The translations under genes and the position numbers were made by a program. Shown here in pieces: positions 13,698-27,962 of a stretch of DNA of 64,000 nt. The DNA comes from Octopus vulgaris (taxonomy: Eukaryota): assembly GCA_951406725.2 (NCBI GenBank), contig OX597814.1:15872001-15936000 (forward strand), given 5' to 3'. How positions within the stretch are numbered: position 1 is the first letter of the stretch; each line of letters begins with the position of its first letter. Under the pieces are notes generated by a model, which was not told the DNA's origin, did no database searches, and worked only from the letters and a program-made list of their open reading frames with translations.

Positions 13698-14373
13698 TTC
13701 TTATACTCAAGAAATATGAACATATATAAATTTCGGTACAAAAGCAAGCAGCAACTTCGGTGGAAACGCACGATAAATACACATCCACGTTACAGATTTT
13801 TGTTTTTCCTACACATATACCGACAGTAAGCAGCATTCTTGGTATAGCTACATTGTGACTATACATCTATAGACGTAGACTGTGCACACACATTTCAAAA
13901 CCTATCCACAAGGAAATATGTTTATAATTTCCTTCATGCTGCTATGCAGGTGACGCTGATTCCTAGCAACCAACCGAATGTCGATTTGAAAGCGCTTCCA
14001 GTAATAAAACCTTGTTTCTTTGCTTAGATATGAGTCAGTATTAGTGTCAATATATATAGTAATGCGTGAATGTGTGTATATGTGTGTGTGTGTGTGCATG
14101 AGGATTAAGGAATCTAATTAATATCATGCGTGTGTATATAATTTTCATATAAGTATATACATTCCATTGTTTACATAATGAACACATACTCACTCATACA
14201 CTCACACATACACACACTCACTCATACGCACATACACACACCACTCACACACAAAGGGCTACAAATATTTCAACCTATATGCCTTTATGCACCTCTGTAT
14301 ATACCCAGTATGCATAAATAATATACAAAATACACATAAGCACACACATGTGTGTGTATGCTGAGGCGAGCAA

Positions 14374-14458
<85 letters not shown>

Positions 14459-14459
14459 T

Positions 14460-14607
<148 letters not shown>

Positions 14608-15591
14608 GCATACACATAGATACGCATACACACATACATGCACGCACACACACACGTGCACATACACACCTACGTGCTTTGCGCGTGATTTTATTAAATT
14701 TCATACCTACAAGGGGCATGCTCAGTTTAAGGAAGCGCTTTCTTAGTACAAAACATGCAATTTAGCAAAGCACCCGTCAGCATTACAAGTAATAATCTTA
14801 GATGTCTTTGAGAAGGCAAAAAGCGCAAAAACTTTCTTCTTTTGATATGGGGTTTTAAATTCTGAGACGTTCTCAATATAAAGAACATTACGCCCTGGCG
14901 CAAATTTTCAATTGTGATACCTTTGCCAAACACTAATTGGTTTAACATTTTAAATTGCTTTGAAATTCTAAAATACCATTCGTGAATCAACTTTAGGTAG
15001 TACACGAACTTGGCTGACAGTATTAGATTTTTGAAAAAAGTTTTGAATCGATATCTCTTAGATATGGTATTGCTAACTCTAAGCACAAAATTCCTGTTAT
15101 AGTGTGTAATCTATCGTTCGTATGGCTGTATAAGTTTCGTAAACGTGTGCTCATGTTAGCATGTGCTCGGATAGCCATACACATAGATTCTTATATGCAT
15201 GCGTGCGTGTGTGCGAGTGTGTGTGTGAGAGAGAGACATAGTGGGGGAGTGTGTATGTGTCTGTATATGTATGTGCATATGTTTATACGTTTGCGTGAGC
15301 TTGTATATATATACTTATATACATACATAGTACGTGTACAAAGATCCATGCATAAACACATATACACACATATATAAACATGTATGTACGTACGTACGTA
15401 TGCCTGTATGTATGTATGTTTGTATGTATATATGTATATATATATGTATGTATATATTTATGTATGTACGTACTCATCTATCCATTCTTTCTAACTTTGT
15501 AAAAATTCAGAACTTTCAGATGCCCACGCGTGTGTGTATCCATATAAGTGAGAAAGAATGTCAGTGGCTCTATATGTTCGTATGTGTGTGT

Positions 15592-15687
<96 letters not shown>

Positions 15688-16322
15688 TTGGGAGAGAGAA
15701 ATAAATATAGAGTGTTGTGTTGATGTGTAAAGATATCTTAACTATAGATTATAAGATAGAACAGAAAACGTAAGATGTGACGTTGACACTTTCCCCTGGG
15801 CATTGAAGAATATCGGATGCATTGGAGCGAATCTAACACCAAATTGAAACACAGACACACATATACACTCACACACACTTGCACACACATGTACACCAAT
15901 ACTTTTACTGAATTTAATACAGTACACTTCTTTTTTTCTTCTTCGCTTCAAAAAATTCCTTATCAGATGAAAGTAAAACAGAAAAGTTGTTTTAATTATT
16001 GAAGTTGTTTTAATTATTGAAAGAAATAACACTTATTTAAATTACAGTAAGCCTACAATGGCCTACATACAGAAAAAGAAAAAAAAAACATTTTCACAAA
16101 ATTCTGCGTAATTCAATAAAAAATATATCTTTTACTTTCTATCGTTCAACTTGTTTCAGTGGTTAGACTGCGGCCGTGCTGGGGCATCGCCTTGAAGACA
16201 TTTAGTCGAACGAATCGAACCCAATATGACATTTTTAAAAAACTTTGTACTTATTCTACCAGTGGATTTTTTGCCGAACCGTTAAGCTACGGGATGTAAA
16301 CAAACCAACACCGATTGGCAGT

Positions 16323-16453
16323 GAAGAAGAAGGAGAAGGAGGAGGAGAAGAAGGAGAAGGAGGAAGAGGAGGAGAAGAAGAAGAAGAAGAAGAAGAAGAA
16401 GAAGGAGAAGAAGAAGAAGAAGAAGAAGAAGAAGAAGAAGAAGAAGAAGAAGA
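16323..16453. repeat. (GAA/GGA)n microsatellite inside a SINE A remnant (16140-16320)
   Basis: Direct reading. Confidence 0.9.
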
Positions 16454-16654
16454 AATGGCGGGCGGAATATGATAGCAGTAGGATGTTAAATGGTCAAGTG
16501 CCCTGAAAGTGACTTGTGGAGGATAGTAGTGGTTGAACTCACTTTTGAATGTATTGTTTTTTATATTTGCGTAGGAGTTATTCTAAACAGCAGTAGTCGT
16601 AAAGTAAGGAAGGAGATGGCGGAGAGGAAGAAGAAGACGAAGCAGAATGAAAAG

Positions 16655-18559
<1,905 letters not shown>

Positions 18560-18722
18560 TATGTATGTATGTATGTGTGTATGTATGTATGTATGTATCT
18601 TTTCATTCACACATTGAATTTGGTGATACTAGTTGCGGATTCTAGCTCGCTCTGATACTGAGTTGAGTTGATGCCTTCTAGTATCTCAAAATTCAATATA
18701 TAATCATTTATGATTATAGTAT

Positions 18723-18823
18723 TCTACGCTGAAGAGAGAAGAAGTTCTTGGTAAGATAGAATTATCTAATATTTAATTCTTATGCTTTCCTAAAAACTTG
18801 ATTTCGAAACGTACGTCCGTAGA
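18723..18823 (+). ncRNA. Type-I hammerhead ribozyme, intact core, extended helix II (copy 1)
   Basis: Helix I UCUACG/CGUAGA; CUGAAGA at 18729-35; helix II GAGAagAAGUU...AACUUgaUUUC spanning 70 nt; GAAAC(GUAC)GUC, predicted cut after 18817. Confidence 0.88.
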
Positions 18824-19315
18824 TAACTTAAAATTGTATGATAGATTGCCGTCAATTCATTCTCTCTTACCTGTTTGTGTCTGCCTTCCAATTGCTGTTT
18901 TTACTGAGATCTCCTTTTTAGTAGAAGAAATAGCTATAACTCTTTGACTGCTATTTCTAAATTCGGTATGTGGTAAGGCAATTCGTTGCCAAACCCTTTA
19001 TTGCTTAGTATTACTTAAATTTTCCTCGAATGAGGCTTTTACATGCCGAAGACTACTTGGTGTAATTGATAATTATTCCAAATTAATTAATTTCACCCTT
19101 CATTATTACGGATAACCATATTTTATCTCAGTAGATGACCACAGCATCTTGTTTTGGCTACACGCGGGTGGGAAGGGGCTGGTGACACAATCTTTTCATT
19201 CACACATTGAATTTGGTGATACTAGTTGCGGATTCTAGCTCGCTCTGATACTGAGTTGAGTTGATGCCTTCTAGTATCTCAAAATTCAATATATAATCAT
19301 TTATGATTATAGTAT

Positions 19316-19416
19316 TCTACGCTGAAGAGAGAAGAAGTTCTTGGTAAGATAGAATTATCTAATATTTAATTCTTATGCTTTCCTAAAAACTTGATTTCGA
19401 AACGTACGTCCGTAGA
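19316..19416 (+). ncRNA. Type-I hammerhead ribozyme, intact core (copy 2)
   Basis: Identical to copy 1; predicted cut after 19410. Confidence 0.88.
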
Positions 19417-19909
19417 TAACTTAAAATTGTATGATAGATTGCCGTCAATTCATTCTCTCTTACCTGTTTGTGTCTGCCTTCCAATTGCTGTTTTTACTGA
19501 GATCTCCCTTTTTAGTAGAAGAAATAGCTATAACTCTTTGACTGCTATTTCTAAATTCGGTATGTGGTAAGGCAATTCGTTGCCAAACCCTTTATTGCTT
19601 AGTATTACTTAAATTTTCCTCGAATGAGGCTTTTACATGCCGAAGACTACTTGGTGTAATTGATAATTATTCCAAATTAATTAATTTCACCCTTCATTAT
19701 TACGGATAACCATATTTTATCTCAGTAGATGACCACAGCATCTTGTTTTGGCTACACGCGGGTGGGAAGGGGCTGGTGACACAATCTTTTCATTCACACA
19801 TTGAATTTGGTGATACTAGTTGCGGATTCTAGCTCGCTCTGATACTGAGTTGAGTTGATGCCTTCTAGTATCTCAAAATTCAATATATAATCATTTATGA
19901 TTATAGTAT

Positions 19910-20010
19910 TCTACGCTGAAGAGAGAAGAAGTTCTTGGTAAGATAGAATTATCTAATATTTAATTCTTATGCTTTCCTAAAAACTTGATTTCAAAACGTA
20001 CGTCCGTAGA
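19910..20010 (+). ncRNA. Hammerhead copy 3 with G12->A core mutation
   Basis: Reads ATTTCAAAAC instead of ATTTCGAAAC (position 19993); otherwise identical. Confidence 0.8.
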
Positions 20011-20195
20011 TAACTTAAAATTGTATGATAGATTGCCGTCAATTCATTCTCTCTTACCTGTTTGTGTCTGCCTTCCAATTGCTGTTTTTACTGAGATCTC
20101 CCTTTTTAGTAGAAGAAATAGCTATAACTCTTTGACTGCTATTTCTAAATTCGGTATGTGGTAAGGCAATTCGTTGCCAAACCCTTTATTGCTTA

Positions 20196-20237
<42 letters not shown>

Positions 20238-20241
<4 letters not shown>

Positions 20242-20402
20242 GACGGGCTTTGTTTTTCAGTTTCCTTTGACCAAATCCACTCACAAGGCTTTGGTAGACC
20301 CGAAGCTATAGTGGAAGATAATTACCCAAGTTGCAACGCAGTGGGACTGAACCCGGAACAATGTTGCTGGGAAACAAACTTGTTACTACACAGCCACGCC
20401 TG
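20238..20402 (-). mobile_element. SINE family A head fragment
   Basis: CAAATCCACTCACAAGGCTTTGG..GGGACTGAACCCGGAAC on +. Confidence 0.8.
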
Positions 20403-20496
20403 TCTCTATATACATACTTTATATAAATATCCTTAACCAAATTATATGGAATTCAGTCAAAAAATATACCCACGTACTGACTTAGCGTCGTGTGTA

Positions 20497-20865
<369 letters not shown>

Positions 20866-22690
20866 CTCACACACACACACATATACATATATATATGTGA
20901 GTGTATTTACTTTTCTCCATCACCGCTTGACTACAAGTAATTGATTTGTTTATACCCCATCACTTAGTGGTTCGGTAAAAGAGACGGATACAATCAGTAC
21001 CAAACCTTTATAAAAATAAATTAGTGGTATAGTCTACTTTTTCGATAAAAACCCTTCAAGGCAGTGCCCCAGCATGGTCGCAGTTTAGTGACTGAAACAA
21101 GTAAAAGATAAAAGATATTCAGGATAATTTCAATTTTGATATATTTCGATTGAGATTTGCTAGAAATATCTCATAAATTTTTATTTTAATCGTTAATTGT
21201 GAAATACCAGTGGGTAAAGCAAGCTAAATCTTTCTCTTCTTTCTTTTCGTTCAATGTCTTTTTTTTCCCCGTTTTGCTTACGAAACCTACGCTATGGACA
21301 CCACATGAAAATTTCGTCTTCGGGAAGAATATGTAGAATTCAAACCAGCCAAACTCACTTATGTGCATGCTATATCTGCGTGGAGATTCGAATTTAGTAT
21401 TGCCTAACAAAGTTATTCAATACACACGTCAATTGTCTAGCAGTAATAGAATTACTACAAGTGGTACCAATTTACTGCTAATTGAACTCTTACGTGATTT
21501 AGTGATGGATACAGTGCAGAAGTAATATCCAACTATATGCTAATTTGAGGAACATCTAAACTTTTGAATAGAATGTAATATCATATAACCACATGCTCTT
21601 TAAACGTGGTATGGCAATACATATAGAGGAAGACAGAATGCATGAAGAAATAAGAAAGGTTACTCAAAGTCTAAAATATGAATTCTGTTAATTTTGACTA
21701 TATATGGTCTAAGTTAAAATCCAATCTTTTCGCATTTCGACCTACGTCAAAGCTAGACTAATTAAATAATGCTCATGTATTTATCTAAATTCTGTTATAT
21801 TGATGGTTTCAGACAACATGGAAAGCATAAACAATTACAAGGAAAAGACACAGATTAACTATTCAAAAGCATACAAGAACTTAGCTTCTCTTAAACATTT
21901 ATTTTTTGATGTCAAAATATTCGTCGCATCAACTGTAACCTGGTCACTGACACAGACCCCAGGCAGGTTTTTAGATCAAATCCCTTGCCAGACAATTACA
22001 TATTCGAAATTAAAAACATTTATTTCAGAAAATACAGTTTTTTAAAGCAATCAATTATAGTCAATATAATCAGTTATTCTAGTGCTTATCTGCTCAAGAA
22101 TAGATCTATTACTGGCTAAGTCAGCACCCATCAAATATGACACTTTAAAATTTAAAAAAAAATAATTAAAGTTCTTCAGGCTTTAATTATAATGTTGCTT
22201 ATATATAGAGCAACTTTGCTCTTGATCAACAAACCAACGATCAAAGTCATACCACACATAACCTAATCTGTTTTCCCTAAAGTGTTTAAGTAGAAATCAG
22301 CCAATGGGATTATCCCCCCTTGTAGACGGTAGGATGTGATATGTCGGTGATCTGGCTGCCACTTATTATTAGTGAAGTGTAGTACATTTCAACAAAATCA
22401 GAAACTTTCCAAAAGCTTAAATAAATATTTCTTAAATGATTTATAGAAGAATAAAAAGTCGTCGATTAAATATAACTAAACTTTTTACGTCATCAGTCTT
22501 CTTAAATAAAGTGAACTGGAATTGAACCGTGTCGTAATCTCGAATTATAGATAGCTTGCTTCTTGCGTTACGGTTCCAGCAATAAACAACCTGAACTAAA
22601 TTATGATCCTTTTAACGAGGCACAAATCCCTTATAATCAACATAGCAGAAATGGGAACTTGTGATGTAATTTTTCTCGTTACCAGTGTCA

Positions 22691-23062
22691 TCTCTCTATA
22701 TATAAACGGCAGTTTGTCTGTGTGTGTTTCTGTGTGTCTGTTAGCTTGTACCCTCGCCCTGACCACGGCTTTCAACCGATTCTGATGAAACTTGACACAC
22801 ACATAGCCAATGTCATAATTCAAAATTAACGCAGCGAAAATTTTGAAAAGTTCCCCCAGTTCTGAAAAAAATCGATAAATTCGACATGGGGTCGAGAATC
22901 AGAAACACAAACCACAGACTGTCTAGGGGACGCAACTCAACCTTTTTAACTAAAAAAAAAATTTACCATCATTTTTTTTCCATTTTTTGGCTATAACTCT
23001 CTAAAAATGCTTTATAGTTATTTCCCTTACAAACCCGAGCAACGCCGGGCGATACTGCTAGT
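22691..23062 (+). mobile_element. Non-autonomous Helitron
   Basis: 5' A|TCTCTCTATATATAA; 3' GC-rich hairpin CCCGAGCAACGCCGGG followed by CTAGT|T; no TSD. Confidence 0.85.
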
Positions 23063-24451
23063 TACCGATAAGTTTGAAGTAAAGGGATTTCAACCAGGAA
23101 TCAAAACCATATCATCGTCTTAGCTCCCCACAATATTTTTCATAGAACTTCAGACCTCGTCATTATCAAAGTTACTTGTTTTCATTTTCGAGAGAAATAG
23201 AGAGAAAGGGGAGAATATATTAGTATACTTCTTTTTTACGCCCTCCGTATTTGACTGGTACTCCTTTATCCATGCTGAAAGTTCAAATGCACACAGGGAA
23301 AAAATACTGTAGCAGGATTCGAGCTCGAAGAACAAAGGGACGAAAGTAAATAAAGCAAGGCATTTAATCCAGCTCTGTGTAGTATCTGTCACTCTTCGTC
23401 CCTTCTAAATAAACCAAAGATACTGAATAAACAAATGCAACAAAGGTACATCAACAAACAGGTATGTAAATATATTCGATGCATCGAAAACTTTGAAGCG
23501 GATGTTTTGATGAAAGGAGCATATAAAATCTGTATGATATACCGAAGAATTACTGCGACAGATAAATCCGGTGGAAAAACAACAACAACAAAAAACATCT
23601 AAGAAATGCATCACCACCAGCAAAAGGTCATCACCACCACCACCACCACCACCACAGCCCTCAACATAAACCACAACAATACTAACAACACAACAACAAA
23701 ATTGCAATCAAATAAAGGCAAAAGTAACAAGATCAACGATTGTGATACCTTTGAATAAAAAAAAACAAGGATATAGAATATGACAACAATAACGTCAATA
23801 GCACAACAACAACAACAACAACAAACAGCATAAACAAAGTCTAGCGAGGGAAAACAAAATAATCCACTATTCCATAGAATACAAGAACAACTTCAACAGC
23901 ATTCATAACAAAATAACGTGGCATACAGCAATGGCAACACCAAGAACAAGAACATCAAAGAAAGATTAAAGCAACACTAAAAACAATGGCACTAGCAAAA
24001 AAAAAAAAAAATCGCTCCCTAAAAAAAGAAGAAACCCCCCCCCTAAAAAATGCAAGCGAATGTGTAAAAACAACATGGCAGTTATGCAATAGCGTGGCAT
24101 CAAGAACACAAACATTGGCATCTGCAATAAAAAAAAAAATTGATGCAACATGACATCAACTGCAACAACAACAAGGACAACAATACGGCAGCAGTAGTAG
24201 TAGCGGTAGCAGTAGCAGTAGCGACAACAACAACAACAACAACAACAACAACGGAAGCAACAGCAAAAGCATAACTGTAACAATGTCAATAACAACAACA
24301 GCAACTACAACAACAATAATAAAAAGCAAGAACAAACACAACAACAACGAAACGGCAACGATGACGACCACATGACTACAAAAGCCAGCATGAAGGAAAA
24401 AAAATGGACGGCTGAAAAAAAAAATGTTTTATACGAGAACGGTAACAGCGT

Positions 24452-24561
24452 CATCATCTTCATCGTCGTCATAGTCGTCAATAATCGTCATCACCATTGT
24501 CATCATCGTCAAAGTACTCATCGTTATCGTAATCATCATAATCATCATAATCATCATCAGG

Positions 24562-24594
<33 letters not shown>

Positions 24595-24705
24595 GTCTTT
24601 ATCATCGTCTTCATCAGCATCATCATCATAGTCGTCGTCTTCATCAGCGTCTTCATCATCGTCTTCATCATCATCATCATCATCGTCGTCGTCTTCATCC
24701 TCGTC

Positions 24706-24739
<34 letters not shown>

Positions 24740-24765
24740 TACTCATCGTTATCATCATCATCATC

Positions 24766-24802
<37 letters not shown>

Positions 24803-24900
24803 TACTCATCGTTATCATAATCATTATAATCATCTTCCTCATCATCATCATCATCATCGTCGTGGTCTTCATCATCATCATCATCAACACCATAATGATC
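24452..24900. repeat. (ATC)n-derived degenerate trinucleotide tract
   Basis: Direct reading; source of the poly-His, poly-Asp and poly-Met ORFs. Confidence 0.9.
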
Positions 24901-25454
24901 AAAGCAAGTGAGATTCTGGTACCAATATTGCAGCAACGAGAATGCAAACACACAAAAAAAAAACATCAAGAGAAACACATCGATGACAAGAACAATAGCA
25001 AACATTGATGCTTTGACAACAACAAAAGCAATGATCATTCGTTACGTAGGTGCGGATTTATAGAGGATTTCAAAAGAGATGCTGTGATGTTAATACCTTT
25101 CCTAAAGACATTCTCATTCTCTAGAAGCAAAAAACATAATTCTTCATCCCTAAAATTAGATAGCTATATCTGCAGTACAGATAAAGGGCTGGAATGAAAT
25201 TTTTTCTTTTATTTTTCTCTAACTTTTAATCTAACTTTCTATGCATGATCAGCGTCTTATATTCTCCTCAAATCTTTTCTTTGACAACCTTTGCAACCGA
25301 AATGTTCTGAAGGACAGTTATGACTAAAAACATTTTCAGTCTGATTGTCTTGTTAATTTTAAAACCACTGTTTCTGCAGAAAACTCAGCCTTTTGTTGCT
25401 AAGGTCTTTTTCATCAACTTTGCGTAAAAGCAAAATATCTCAAAATTTATATTA

Positions 25455-25830
25455 ACTAGCAGTATCGCCCGGCGTTGCTCGGGTTTGTTTCGACCCTTTA
25501 GAATTAGAATTTTTGAAAAGTAAAAGTATTGTATTATGTAGCTTGTTATTCTCTTTAAGTGAACATTTTTTCTGGTTGAAATACACCGAAAAATGGCGAC
25601 ACAGAAGTAAAAAAAATCGTAAAAAATAGAGATTTTCATAGAAAAAAAAGCACCTTTTTGATGTAAATAATTTCTGGTCTTAACATGGTCCGATTTGAAT
25701 TTTTCCTTCTACGGAATGAAGAGCAGGCCTTCTTCTATCATACTCTCAATTTTGGTCAACATGCGCCGCAGGGCTTCGGAGGAGATAGTGTTAGTTGAAG
25801 GCTACCAAACCTGCCACACACAGACAACTT
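25455..25830 (-). mobile_element. Non-autonomous Helitron with the same 3' terminus as 22691-23062
   Basis: ACTAGCAGTATCGCCCGGCGTTGCTCGGGTTTGT is the exact reverse complement of the first copy's 3' end; the interior differs. Confidence 0.8.
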
Positions 25831-25925
25831 CGCAATATTACCGAATCTGGAACTTAACTATGGTCTGACTATAGCACTTATTCAGCATTACATGACACCT
25901 TTGGGTCTCATTGACACCATTATCT

Positions 25926-26018
<93 letters not shown>

Positions 26019-26554
26019 AGAGAGATTGAGATGCAGAGAAAGAAATTTCAAATAGTTATAGGTCTTCCACTCTAGAAAAGAAAATGTACTTAAACAACAA
26101 TATTCTTTTCTTTCAGGAGAACTTCAGATAATAGCATCGAATTGTATCATAGACGGAGCTGTAAATATCGATACCGAGTGAACTGGATTGTAGAACATCA
26201 GACGAACATAAGGACAGCATAATGTGTTCTTTGATCCTTAAAACGCTCCAGTCTTGAGACTGTGGTGTCATCCGAATTCGCTTTTCTATACATGTTCAGT
26301 CTCAACGTCATTATTGATGCCCAGTGTTGTCTTTGTATACAAACAAAACATGGGAACTGAAGCATCCCAGAAGCTAATTACAAAAACAACAACAACAACA
26401 ACAAAAGTATTAAAAATATTAAAACGCAGCACCTGATGGGCCTTGAAATACAGAGATCGTGTTAAAAAGTTCAGACTATAGTCTTCAACGCCGATGTGAG
26501 AGCTATGACATTTGTATATCATGGAAAATGTTCTGTAAACATCGCATAAACGAT

Positions 26555-26943
26555 CACGGTGGAAGCACTCCGTCGGTTACGACGACGAGGGTTCCGGTTG
26601 ATCCGAATCAACGGAACAGCCTGCTCGTGAAATTAACGTGTAAGTGGCCGAGCATTCCACAGACACGTGTACCATTAACGTAGTTCTCGGGGATATTTAG
26701 CGTGACACAGAGAGTGACAAGGCCGGCCCTTTGAAATACAGGCACAACAGAAACAGGAAGTAAGAGTGAGAGAAAGTTGTGGTGAAAGAGTACAGCAGGG
26801 ATCACCACCATCCCCTGCCGGAGCCTCGTGGAACTTAGGTGTTTTCGCTCAATAAACACTCACTACGCCCGGTCTGGGAATCGAAACCGCGATCCTACGA
26901 CCGCGAGTCCGCTGCCCTAACCACTGGGCCATTGCGCCTCCAC
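26555..26943 (-). mobile_element. tRNA(Arg-like)-derived SINE, family C, full length
   Basis: Head GGCGCAATGGCCCAGTGGTTAGGGCAGCGGACTCGCGGTCGTAGGATCGCGGTTTCGATTCCCAGACC (A/B boxes, TCG at the anticodon position) and an unrelated body of about 300 bp. Confidence 0.85.
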
Positions 26944-27015
26944 AAACGATCGCGGTATCAATTTTATGACTCAACCGAAGATAGGAGCCGGTGTTCCTTT
27001 CTCAAGCATCCAAGT

Positions 27016-27272
27016 AAAGAAATACGTGGAGCTTTAGGTGTTTTCGCTCAATAAACACTCACAACGAAACCGCGATCCTAGGACCGCGAGTCCGCTACCC
27101 TAACCACTGGCCATTGCGCCCCCATATATATATATATATATGGGGACGCAATGGGGACGCAATGGCCCAGTGGTTAGGGCAGCGGACTCGCGGTCGTAGG
27201 ATCGCGGTTTCGATTCCCAGACCGGGCGTTGTGAGTGTTTATTGAGCGAAAACACCTAAAGCTCCACGTATT

Positions 27273-27276
<4 letters not shown>
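27016..27276. repeat. Head-to-head palindrome of two family C SINE heads around a (TA)n spacer
   Basis: AAGAAATACGTGGAGCTTTAGGTG...CCCC(ATAT)nGGGG...CACCTAAAGCTCCACGTATTTCTT. Confidence 0.85.
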
Positions 27277-27341
<65 letters not shown>

Positions 27342-27414
27342 GCATAATAAAACGAATGGTTTACACCTGGTAGCTTACTGGTAACGCACGATCATTTTCA
27401 CAGTGATCGTTATG

Positions 27415-27905
27415 TATATGGCAAATGAAAGACGGAAGATGGAATATACAAGAATTTATTATTGCTCACGACAATTGTTTTGATACATCTAGCACCGATC
27501 CCTCATGTGTGGGACACTCAACAACTGGTTCAAGAGCATCCGGCGGTGCAGATGTACCTCTTCGAATGATAAATAAATACAACTCGTTAAAATGATAGTT
27601 CCGCAATGTAACTTCCCGTTTTGTAGAGAGAAAAGCTGCCAGACGGAGGAAATATCTTCGTTTCTATAGAAGATCAAAACTAAAATCACAGATGACAAAA
27701 AGAGAAACGAACACGCAGTCCATCGAGAATGTCATTATTTCAACGATTTGTATTTATCTATAACCCAATGAGATACATTTGCACTACCGGATGCTCCTGA
27801 ACCAGTTGTTGAGTGTCCAACCCATGACGAATCGATACTAGATGTATCGAAACAATTGTGATCAATTTCTCATATATTCCATCGTCCGTCTTTCATTTGC
27901 TATAT
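27415..27905. mobile_element. Fold-back element with a long-helix-II hammerhead motif in each arm (27466-27570 -, about 27757-27862 +)
   Basis: Minus arm: AUCAU-uCGAAGA-GGUACAUCUGCACCG...CGGUGCUAGAUGUAUC-aAAAC(AAUU)GUC-GUGA. Plus arm: ..AUGA-GAUACAUUUG...UAGAUGUAUC-GAAAC(AAUU)GU. Confidence 0.72.
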
Positions 27906-27962
27906 ATATATATATATTTTTTCTAGTTTCAGCTCAGAGCTGCGGCCATGCTGATGCATACA

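Larger units (their letters stand above)
18598..20197 (+). repeat. About 2.7 tandem copies of a 593/594-bp unit carrying one hammerhead ribozyme per unit (retrozyme-like)
   Basis: Unit starts TCTTTTCATTCACACATTG at 18598, 19191 and 19785. Copies are almost identical and the array is flanked by (TATG)n and (TA)n. Confidence 0.93.

Noticed and set aside
24372-25038. Poly-His, poly-Asp and poly-Met ORFs
   Set aside because: Products of an (ATC)n tract open in several frames; no splice or unique coding context.
26870-26943. Possible tRNA-Arg gene (also 27155-27225 and 54540-54680)
   Set aside because: Poor acceptor stems and continuity with repeat bodies indicate SINE heads.
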